A DNA stretch of 64,000 nucleotides, from NCBI GenBank assembly GCA_964447405.1, contig CAYUSP010000003.1, positions 384,135 to 448,134 on the forward strand, written 5' to 3'. Shown piece by piece: positions 52,896 through 60,830 of the stretch. The notes under the pieces were generated by a model. That model did no database searches. It saw only the letters and a program-made list of their open reading frames with translations, and was not told the DNA's origin. The stretch's first letter is position 1; each line of letters opens with the position of its first letter. The position numbers and the translations under genes were made by a program. Source of the DNA: an uncultured Nitrospiraceae bacterium (GTDB lineage: Bacteria; Nitrospirota; UBA9217).

Positions 52896-52950
52896 TCCCA
52901 ACATCGCTGTCGAGAGGGTCGTAAAAAAAGCATGCCCCTCACGGCGGCGA
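52896..52950 (+). mobile_element. attC site 14, degenerate (terminal, eroded right arm)
   Basis: ATCCCAACATCGCTGTCGAGAGGGTCGTAAAAAAAGCATGCCCCTCACGGCGGCG, then diverges (no GTTGGG core). Confidence 0.45.
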
Positions 52951-52972
52951 CGGCCCACGCTTCGCGCGTGCC

Positions 52973-53057
52973 GCTGAGCCATGCGTCTGTCCCGGCAAAA
53001 AACGCGCCGGGAGAACCAGACGCTCGAAACCAATGGCCCTGCGGGTCATGGCTCAGC
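52973..53057. repeat. Nested inverted-repeat structure at the distal end of the array
   Basis: GCTGAGCCATG ... CATGGCTCAGC (11 bp perfect arms) enclosing CGTCTG..CAGACG and CCCGGC-aaaaaacgc-GCCGGG. Confidence 0.5.
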
Positions 53058-53103
53058 TCCGGCATTAGCAGTTTCAATAATGAATATGTAAGGAGGATTA
53101 GTT

Positions 53104-53511
53104 ATGAGAAAGACCGTTATTGCCGTTTTGTTGGCCTTGTTCCTTCCGGTAGCCAGCTTTGCTGCTGACACGATGCGTGATGGATACTGGGAACTGATCA
53201 GCACCATGGAAATGCCCGGCATGCCTGTGAAAATGCCACCCACTACGACAAAGCACTGCTACACCAGGGAAGATGTTAAGGATCAGAAAAAAACCATCAC
53301 TACTGACAAAAACTGCACGGTTACCGATATTAAACAGTCTGGCAATAAAGTCACCTGGAAAATGAAGTGTACCGGCAAAAATGCCGGTGACTTCAGCGGC
53401 GAGACGGTTTACAAGGGAGGGATTGCATACGATTCAACCATGACGATGCAAACCCAGGGTCGCACAATGAATATGCAGGTTAAGGCCAAGCGGTTGGGGA
53501 ATTGTCCGTAG
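53104..53511 (+). CDS. Small secreted protein (possibly DUF3617-like)
   Basis: AAGGAGG RBS; signal peptide MRKTVIAVLLALFLPVASFA; conserved Cys pairs. Confidence 0.5.
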   Translation: MRKTVIAVLLALFLPVASFAADTMRDGYWELISTMEMPGMPVKMPPTTTKHCYTREDVKDQKKTITTDKNCTVTDIKQSGNKVTWKMKCTGKNAGDFSGETVYKGGIAYDSTMTMQTQGRTMNMQVKAKRLGNCP

Positions 53512-53544
53512 AATGTCCACGATCTTTCCCCAGAGGAGAAACCC

Positions 53545-54804
53545 ATGACGAAGCACCCCCTGAAACTGTTGTTGGCGGCCCTTGCCGTAATGATGCTGAC
53601 AGCGGTGCCGTCCCCTGGCGCGCAGAAAGCGACGACCCGAACGCTGTCGAACGAGCCCGGCACATGGCGCCCATGGACCTGCGGCGGCCACTCGGCAAGC
53701 GATCTCAAGCTCCTCGGCTTCACCCAGTCCGATGCAGAAGCCTTCAAGACGCGGCTCCAGCAGATCGCCGAGATCTTCCGGAAATCGCCTGTCTGGAATC
53801 CGCCGATGGGAGTCGATCCCTCGCTCACAGGCTCGCTCTACGGTGTGTCAGTCTATCCTTCCTCCGCGAAGAAGCTGAAGAACCATCCCATTGCAGGCTC
53901 CATTATGATGGGCAGCTTCGAGCACGTTGAGGTGGTCCGGACGACAGGCGGTCGGGAACAACGGGAGCGGCACATCGGCGACGAGACCGTACACATCATT
54001 TTCAATGTGAATTTGCTCCCCAAAGGCGGCGGTGTCAACATGCTGCGCGACGATGAGGGGGAGTTTTACGAGGAGCTGGTCCGCACGGCCGACATCGGAG
54101 GGTTCCCGATCTACGGCGACATGCTGGTCATTACGAAGAATGGACAGCCCGTCTGGACGCCGGTCTCCCGGGAGCGCTACCTCAAGGCCTTCATCGCCAA
54201 GCGCCGGCCGGACGCCGCCAACGCCGAGATTTACATCGCCGATCAACAGAAGAAGCTTGATGCCTTTATCGCTCCCGACGCATCTGCCGCCCGCCAGGCG
54301 AAATACAAGGCGGCGATCGACAAGATGGCGTCCAAGGGCGCGGCTGCGGTCGAACACGAACGGCGGTACTGGGAGCGTGATGAGGCAGACAACCTGGCCG
54401 TCCTGAAGCGCGGGGCTTCCCGCGACCCGAAAGTTTCTCCCCTCGCCGGCGTGATCGCCGGCGTGAAAGCCGCCGAGGAGCAGCTGGCAGCCATGCCTCC
54501 TGCCGAGCGCAACGCACCCGCCTGCCTCCTCGACGCCGGGAGCGACATGACCAAGAGCGGTCTGGTGGCGACGGGAACGCCCAAGTGCGTGCCGCTCGTC
54601 GGAAAGAACCCCAACTTCTTTGATCAGCAGCTGCCCCGCAGCGTGCCGCAGATCATCGTCGTCAGCCGGATCCGGGCGCTCGAAAAAACGTGGAAAGAAG
54701 GCCGGCCAGGCGAGAACAAAAAGGGTTCTCTCGATCTCTGGACTACCTACGAAGCGTTCCGTCAGGCCGACTTGCAGAAGGTGGCCGACCAGATCGACCG
54801 GTGA
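53545..54804 (+). CDS. Hypothetical secreted protein (GC-rich block)
   Basis: Signal peptide MTKHPLKLLLAALAVMMLTAVPSPGA; 419 aa; local GC about 65%. Confidence 0.55.
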   Translation: MTKHPLKLLLAALAVMMLTAVPSPGAQKATTRTLSNEPGTWRPWTCGGHSASDLKLLGFTQSDAEAFKTRLQQIAEIFRKSPVWNPPMGVDPSLTGSLYGVSVYPSSAKKLKNHPIAGSIMMGSFEHVEVVRTTGGREQRERHIGDETVHIIFNVNLLPKGGGVNMLRDDEGEFYEELVRTADIGGFPIYGDMLVITKNGQPVWTPVSRERYLKAFIAKRRPDAANAEIYIADQQKKLDAFIAPDASAARQAKYKAAIDKMASKGAAAVEHERRYWERDEADNLAVLKRGASRDPKVSPLAGVIAGVKAAEEQLAAMPPAERNAPACLLDAGSDMTKSGLVATGTPKCVPLVGKNPNFFDQQLPRSVPQIIVVSRIRALEKTWKEGRPGENKKGSLDLWTTYEAFRQADLQKVADQIDR

Positions 54805-54938
54805 CGGCGGGGATTGCAAGTTCGATTGCATAAAAATAGGAATGAGGACTGGACAGCCAACCAGTCGTTTCAGCGGGGAACGCGCTGAACTCGGTCTTAT
54901 ATTACGCGACAAACCGCTCTATTCCAGGAGAAATGTAA

Positions 54939-55730
54939 ATGCGGCTCGAAGTGATTTCCGAGGAACCTTCTTCAGATAATCCGCGCCCTACGCCTCTTCT
55001 GTTTGTGCATGGTATGTTGGTGGGAGGCTGGATCTGGTCACAGCACTTCCTCAGCTACTTCGCCGGACACGGATACTCCGCACATGCGCTTAGTTTGCGC
55101 GGCCATGGACGAAGCGAGGGCCGAGAGAGATTGCGATGGACCAGCCTCGCGGAATACGTTGACGATCTGGCGCAAGTTGTAGCACAGTTGCCCGCACTGC
55201 CTGTCCTGATCGGTCACTCGTACGGCGGTGCTGTCATCCAGAAGTATCTCGAACGCCAGTCAGTCCCGTGTGCCATTTTGCTCGCTTCAGCTCCGCCACA
55301 GGGTCTTTTGTTGTCGGTGCTGCGGACGGCGAGGCGTCAGCCTGCGGCTGTTCTCCGGGTTATTCTCACCTTGCGACTCTCTCCGCTTGTCAGCACGCCT
55401 GCCATCGCTCGCGATCTTTTTTTTTCGGATAGTATTTCAGAGGAGAAGGTGCGGAACTATCAAGGCCGCATGTCAGACGAATCGTATCGAAGTCTGCTTG
55501 ACATGCTCTTTCTGAATTTGCCGAAGCCGGAACGCATCACGACGCCGTTGTTGGTAATGGGTGCAGCCAATGATATGACTATTCGACCGAGTCAAGTTGA
55601 AGCCACTGCGCGCGCCTATGGCACGCAGCCGGTTATGTTCCCGAACATGGGCCATATGATGATGTTGGAGGATGGTTGGGAGAGAGTCGCCGAGCGGATA
55701 ATCGCGTGGTTAATTGAAAAGGGGTTGTGA
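54939..55730 (+). CDS. Alpha/beta hydrolase fold protein
   Basis: LLFVHGMLVGGWIW...LIGHSYGG (GxSxG nucleophile elbow)...C-terminal GHMMMLE (His). Confidence 0.75.
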   Translation: MRLEVISEEPSSDNPRPTPLLFVHGMLVGGWIWSQHFLSYFAGHGYSAHALSLRGHGRSEGRERLRWTSLAEYVDDLAQVVAQLPALPVLIGHSYGGAVIQKYLERQSVPCAILLASAPPQGLLLSVLRTARRQPAAVLRVILTLRLSPLVSTPAIARDLFFSDSISEEKVRNYQGRMSDESYRSLLDMLFLNLPKPERITTPLLVMGAANDMTIRPSQVEATARAYGTQPVMFPNMGHMMMLEDGWERVAERIIAWLIEKGL

Positions 55731-55869
55731 GGAACCGAACTAAACCTGCAGACCGGGTAGAGAGTAGATTAAAGCAAAGTAAGTCCTGACAACCGGTTGC
55801 ACATTGACCGCTTCGCGGCGTCTGAATTCGTTGTTGGACCGACATCACGGGAAATGCACAGGGGGGACC

Positions 55870-56841
55870 TTGAAAGCAGTTGTTCAGACCGAGTACGGTA
55901 CGCCGGATGTCATGCGGCTCGAGGACGTCGACACTCCTTCCATCAGCGACAACGAAGTCCTTGTACGCGTTCGTGCCGCATCAGTGAATCCGCCCGACTG
56001 GGCAGGCGTGCATGGGGTGCCCTACATCGTGCGCGCAGCGTTCGGGCTGCGCAGACCCAAGCTCGGCGTCAGAGGTACGGACCTGGCTGGCACTGTTCAG
56101 GCGATCGGTGGGAACGTCACACGGCTGTCTGTCAATAACGAAGTCTTCGGCGTCGGAACCGGCACATTCGCGGAATACGCGGTTGCAAGGGAAGACCACC
56201 TCGTACCGAAGCCGGCCAATATCACATTCGAACAGGCTGCCGCAACGGGGATGGCGGCGTTGACCGCACTCCAGGCACTTCGCGACGCCGGCTGCATCCG
56301 GGCTGGACAGAAAGTGCTCATTGTCGGAGCGGGCGGCGGGATCGGCACGTTTGCCGTCCAGATTGCGAAGTTACTGGGCGCACACGTGACCGGCGTATGC
56401 AGTACGTCGAAGCTGGAGCTGGTCCGCTCGCTGGGAGCCGACGACGTCATCGACTACCAGCGTGAGGACTTCACGCAGGGCAATGAGCGCTACGACCTCA
56501 TCCTCGACAATGTGCTGCGACACTCGCTGTCCGAGCTCCTGCGTGCGCTCGACCGCAACGGAACACTCGTGCCCAATGGCGGTCAGTTCTATAAGCGCTG
56601 GTTCGCGAGCACCGGCGTCCTCCTGGTCAAAGCGCCACTGCTCTCGCTGTTCGTACCGCAGCGGATTCGCATTTGCACGGAGCGCCCCGAACTGAACGAT
56701 CTGCTCGTCCTGAAGAGTCTTGTGGAGTCCGGGAAGCTGACACCTGTCGTTGGACGAACATACCCTCTGGACCAGGCTGGTGAAGCCATCTTGTACTTTG
56801 GGGAGGGACATGCCAGGGGCAAGATCGTCATCACCTTCTGA
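55870..56841 (+). CDS. Zinc-independent MDR-family oxidoreductase (quinone oxidoreductase/alcohol dehydrogenase-like)
   Basis: Start chosen at TTG giving MKAVVQTEYGTPDVMRLEDV...; NAD(P) Rossmann VLIVGAGGGIGTFAVQIAKLLGA; C-terminal GHARGKIVI. Confidence 0.7.
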   Translation: MKAVVQTEYGTPDVMRLEDVDTPSISDNEVLVRVRAASVNPPDWAGVHGVPYIVRAAFGLRRPKLGVRGTDLAGTVQAIGGNVTRLSVNNEVFGVGTGTFAEYAVAREDHLVPKPANITFEQAAATGMAALTALQALRDAGCIRAGQKVLIVGAGGGIGTFAVQIAKLLGAHVTGVCSTSKLELVRSLGADDVIDYQREDFTQGNERYDLILDNVLRHSLSELLRALDRNGTLVPNGGQFYKRWFASTGVLLVKAPLLSLFVPQRIRICTERPELNDLLVLKSLVESGKLTPVVGRTYPLDQAGEAILYFGEGHARGKIVITF

Positions 56842-57223
56842 GGCTGGATGGGTGAACCATTCGCGATACAACAAGCGCATCAAGCGGAAGGCGTCAGCGC
56901 TATACCGAAAGGCATGGCAGCCCTTAATCTCCGGGTAGCCTAAACTGCCAGATCAACAATTACCATTCGGACTGCCGAACATACCTGCCATTATTGTGCT
57001 ATACTTTAATCAGAATTACACCGTTTGTGCAACAGTGAACATCAAGAGAAGGCATTAAAAAAATACATGCTTCGCGAAGCGGTGTGATGACTGCGGATCA
57101 TGTGAAGTAATACGAATTCCAGCATCTGTAAGGAGTACATACTGTTATACAGATGAATATGAGATAGAGTCCGCTATTACTCATTACGTGTCTTCTCCTG
57201 TTTTCTTGCAAAGGAGGTGCACC

Positions 57224-57652
57224 ATGAGTATCTTCCTGAAAATCCTAACAAGTTTTCTGATCGTAATTCTGCTCCCCTATACTGTATGGTCTTCTGATGA
57301 ATTTACTGAGCAGTTCGCGGTTCTCGCTTCGTTTGCCCTGATCGATTTTTCGCAGAGCTCCAGCATGTTTTATGAGAACACCGGCTATTACGAAGTGAAT
57401 GCGCTCCTGGGCCCTTTTCCCAGCAGAGAGGAACTTCTTTCTTTCGGCATCGCAGGACTTGGCCTGACCTATCTCGTAAGCGCATTCCTGCCCGCTGCCT
57501 GGAGCGGCATGGTGATAGACTCGATCATTGCAACAGAGCGCCTGAACATCGAGGACAACCGGAGGGTTTACCGGGGCTGGAATGATGCGGGACCTCCAGC
57601 CCGGGGCAGATCGATGGCGGGTATACCGATTTTGATCAGTATGCGCTTTTAG
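57224..57652 (+). CDS. Hypothetical small membrane/secreted protein
   Basis: AAAGGAGG RBS; MSIFLKILTSFLIVILLPYTVWSS and a second hydrophobic segment. Confidence 0.45.
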   Translation: MSIFLKILTSFLIVILLPYTVWSSDEFTEQFAVLASFALIDFSQSSSMFYENTGYYEVNALLGPFPSREELLSFGIAGLGLTYLVSAFLPAAWSGMVIDSIIATERLNIEDNRRVYRGWNDAGPPARGRSMAGIPILISMRF

Positions 57653-57691
57653 TGAGACCAGATCCCGGAAGCATGAAAAAAAGATCAATGC

Positions 57692-58566
57692 TCACCGAAA
57701 CGTGCTATGGCCGGTCTGTTTGATAAAAGTGCCTTTCCGATATTCTTCAAAGGCTAGCTCCAACTCCTCATCCGTGTTCATAACAATCGGTCCATACCAT
57801 GCAACAGGCTCGCCTAGGGGCTTGCCGGAAATAAGCAGGAACCTGACAGCATCCGCATCCGCTGCAACGCTGACGGTATCCCCGTCCGAAAACAATACAA
57901 CCGTTCCGTTCTCGATGCCCTGCTTCCTGTGCTGGTCAAAAAAACCTCTGCCCTCAATAACATAGGCGAACACCGTATGCCCTCGTTTTACGTGATGAAC
58001 GAACTGCGACTTCGCGGGAACAGCCACATCGAGGTATTCTGGATCGATCATGATATCGCTCACCGGCCCGCGATAGCTGCCGAATGTCCCGCAGATAACT
58101 TTGACTCTGACTCCATTGTCCAGGGTGGCTTCCGGAACGAGTGCACACTTGATATCCTGGTAGCGGGGATCCATCATTTTATGGGAACGCGGGAGGTTGG
58201 CCCAGAGCTGGAATCCCTCCATACGCCCCCTCCCGTCTCCCTGGGGCATCTCCTGATGAATGATCCCGCTGCCTGCTGTCATCCATTGCATATCGCCTGA
58301 CGAAATGACGCCCTTGTTCCCCAGACTGTCGCCATGCTCCACATCGCCGCGAAGGACATAGGTGATCGTCTCGATGCCCCGATGCGGGTGCCAGGGAAAG
58401 CCCGCCCGGTAGTGTTCGGGATTATCAGAGCGGAAATCGTCCATCATCAGGAAAGGATCGAAGAGAGGAACCTCATTGTTACCAAAGACCCTTTTCAGGT
58501 GGACACCCGCCCCCTCGCGCGTGGGTCTGCTTTTCAGGATCGTTTGTATCGTCCTCATTTCAGCCA
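57692..58566 (-). CDS. Pirin family protein (bicupin)
   Basis: HPHRGIETITYVLRGDVEHGDSLGNKGVISSGDMQWMTAGSGIIHQEMP; start at MAEMRTIQ with AAGGAG RBS. Confidence 0.85.
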
Positions 58567-58648
58567 TGATAATCTCCTTTACTCTGATGAAAAGAACGGG
58601 GTCATCCGTGGATGACCCCCTAGTTTTACCCACCTGGTGCTACGCATG

Positions 58649-59095
58649 CTACTTCTTTGAAGCAAGTGCCCCATCAAGCGAGAGAGCGCCGCCGCCCCTG
58701 ATCATGAGTGCAATGCCGATGGCAATGACCAGAAGATGATACTCATACCCTTCGCCTTTCTGGTTCCCGAACCAGTTCATAAAGAAACCGTTGTTCCAGT
58801 GCATCATGTAGACGGCAACGGCCATGGTCACGCTTATCCCGAACGCCGCCACACGGGTCAACAATCCGGTAATCAGGCCCAGCGATCCGAGGCTCTCGGC
58901 CATGATGGCCAGAAAAGCGAATACCGCGGGAATGGCGAGTTTTGTGGTGAACATGTCCATGGTCCCGCTGAAACCATACCCTCCGAACCATCCAAGCAGT
59001 TTCTGCATCCCGTGCGGGAAAAAAACCACTCCCAACAAAACCCTTAAGACCAGTAATGCAACGTCATCATTCGTACTCATTATTTTCTTTAACAT
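58649..59095 (-). CDS. DoxX family membrane protein
   Basis: 4 TM helices, LRVLLGVVFFPHGMQKL; start at MLKKIMS with GAGGAGG RBS. Confidence 0.75.
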   Translation of the reverse strand: MLKKIMSTNDDVALLVLRVLLGVVFFPHGMQKLLGWFGGYGFSGTMDMFTTKLAIPAVFAFLAIMAESLGSLGLITGLLTRVAAFGISVTMAVAVYMMHWNNGFFMNWFGNQKGEGYEYHLLVIAIGIALMIRGGGALSLDGALASKK

Positions 59096-59137
59096 GGCAA
59101 CCTCCTCGTAGGTATTCACCTATACCCATGCATAGTT

Positions 59138-59356
59138 CTAGCGGGCGTGTGTCCCGTCGCAATAAGGCGCGGTTTTCGTCCGCCCGCAGGTGCACAATCC
59201 AACTTTTTTCTTTTCCGTCAGCTTGAACTCAAGCGGAACCTTGTCAGTACCTTTATGCGATCCGTCGCAAAAAGGCTGGTTTCCCGACTTTCCGCACGAA
59301 CACCAATAATAGGTGCCCGGCTCCAGTTCGACCATCTTCGGCAGATTATTTCCCAT
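59138..59356 (-). CDS. CDGSH iron-sulfur domain protein (two CDGSH [2Fe-2S] motifs)
   Basis: CSCGKSGNQPFCDGSH and CTCGRTKTAPYCDGTH; start at MGNNLPK with AGGAGG RBS. Confidence 0.8.
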   Translation of the reverse strand: MGNNLPKMVELEPGTYYWCSCGKSGNQPFCDGSHKGTDKVPLEFKLTEKKKVGLCTCGRTKTAPYCDGTHAR

Positions 59357-59428
59357 GACTACACCTCCTTTCGTATCGTTCGTGCTGCACTGCGCACTAT
59401 GGGTTCCCACTACCCAAAGATTACCTGT

Positions 59429-59887
59429 TCACTCGGCACTCCGCTGCTGAAGCCCAATCTTCTTGCAGAGATCACCGAGTGTTTTCTGCTCCGTCCGGGT
59501 TAATATGCTCATTTCCTTTACGATTCTGCTGACATGGCCCGGGAAAAAGTCCTTGATGAGCCTTTCACCAGCCTGCGTTGGCCGGACCAGATAATGTCTC
59601 CGGTCCGATTCGTCCCTGACGCGCTCTACCAGCCCCCGTTTTTCGAGATTATCAATGACCATAGTCACGTTTCCGCCGCTTTTCAATATTTTGCGGGCCA
59701 GATCCTTCTGAAAGAGCGGCCCGAGATGGCATAACGCATCCAGAATGCCGAACTGGCTCACGGTAAGGCCCAGGGATGCAAAATGAGACTCTACGCGGCT
59801 CGAAACCGACTCAGCGGCCCTGACCAGTTTGATAAACGTGTTCAGACCCGACACTTCCGCTTTAGTTCCTTTGTATTTCGTTCCCAT
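59429..59887 (-). CDS. MarR family transcriptional regulator
   Basis: wHTH segment LTVSQFGILDALCHLGPLFQKDLARKIL...RVRDESDRR. Confidence 0.8.
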   Translation of the reverse strand: MGTKYKGTKAEVSGLNTFIKLVRAAESVSSRVESHFASLGLTVSQFGILDALCHLGPLFQKDLARKILKSGGNVTMVIDNLEKRGLVERVRDESDRRHYLVRPTQAGERLIKDFFPGHVSRIVKEMSILTRTEQKTLGDLCKKIGLQQRSAE

Positions 59888-60226
59888 AGTAGTTTAATAG
59901 TTAATAGTTTAATATTAATCTAATAATAAGCATTGTCACCCTGTTTGTCAAGCGAAATTCGATGATGCGTTCACTCCCTGCCGCTGCTTGCAGGACCAGC
60001 AGGCTTTACAATGCGGATGATATGCTGTATCTTTTTATGACCGTTCAACGAACAAAACGTATAACCACTGATTAGCATAGCTTTAACATAAGTTACATGA
60101 TATTCAGCAAGCAAAAAGGCAATGATATAATAGTTATTCTAAGCTCTTCAACATTGGTTCAAACCGTGTGCATCAGTGGTTACAAAGGCAGTTTAGCGTT
60201 CAATTGCAGCAGGGACAAGTGTCAGC

Positions 60227-60751
60227 ATGCATGAGATAGACAGGATATTGTTCAGTGAGGAAACGATTGCTGCCAGGGTGGAGGAGCTGGCTGACCGGAT
60301 AAGGCGCGATTACGCGGAACGGGAAGTGGCGTTTATCAGCGTTCTGAAAGGCGCCGCACTTTTCTCCGCAGACCTGTTTCGCCAGCTTGCATTGCCCGCG
60401 ACTATTGATTTCATCCGTGCCGCAAGCTATGGCAATACGACCGTGTCATCCGGGATCATCAGTTTGGAACAGGATATCATCACCAACATACGCGGGAAGC
60501 ATGTGCTTCTGGTTGATACGATCATTGACTCAGGCGCAACCATGGCGTTTTTGATAAGGCATTTTTTGGAAAGGCACCCGGCAAGCATCCGGACCGTAGT
60601 TCTTCTGGACAAAAAGATAAAGAGAACTACCGATGTGTCTGTGGATTATGCCGGTTTCGATATTCCCGATGTGTTTGTGGTGGGTTACGGTATGGACTGT
60701 GGTGAGCGGTTTAGGAACCTGCCGTACATCGCTTCGATGAAGCAGCTTTGA
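60227..60751 (+). CDS. hpt: Hypoxanthine phosphoribosyltransferase
   Basis: PRPP-binding VLLVDTIIDSGATM and overall Hpt pattern. Confidence 0.88.
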   Translation: MHEIDRILFSEETIAARVEELADRIRRDYAEREVAFISVLKGAALFSADLFRQLALPATIDFIRAASYGNTTVSSGIISLEQDIITNIRGKHVLLVDTIIDSGATMAFLIRHFLERHPASIRTVVLLDKKIKRTTDVSVDYAGFDIPDVFVVGYGMDCGERFRNLPYIASMKQL

Positions 60752-60830
60752 GTCACATACCGGGAGTAATGCGTGCAATCTTACAGCGTTGAATGCATGG
60801 TATGCAACAAAAGGGGGGCCATCCCCACCC

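Larger units (their letters stand above)
40669..52950. mobile_element. Chromosomal (sedentary-type) integron: intI + attI/Pc + 14 attC sites and 16 cassette ORFs
   Basis: See individual attC and ORF features; all cassette ORFs on + strand, attC sites with RYYYAAC...GTTRRRY ends and imperfect internal palindromes. Confidence 0.85.

Noticed and set aside
43245-52950. Regularly spaced about 60-bp repeats between short ORFs considered as a CRISPR array
   Set aside because: - The repeats are imperfect palindromes with RYYYAAC/GTTRRRY ends and variable spacing (0.4-1.3 kb).
- The intervening segments are protein-coding.
- This is an attC/cassette structure, not CRISPR.
53848-54912. 354-aa minus-strand ORF across the GC-rich block
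   Set aside because: - It is antisense to the 53545-54804 secreted-protein gene, which has an RBS and a signal peptide.
- Its low-complexity Arg/Gly-rich translation is typical of GC-rich shadow frames.
56842-57190. Possible attC-like site (GCCTAAAC...) after the oxidoreductase gene
   Set aside because: - There is no internal imperfect palindrome or GTTRRRY partner.
- Its sequence is unrelated to either attC family in the array.
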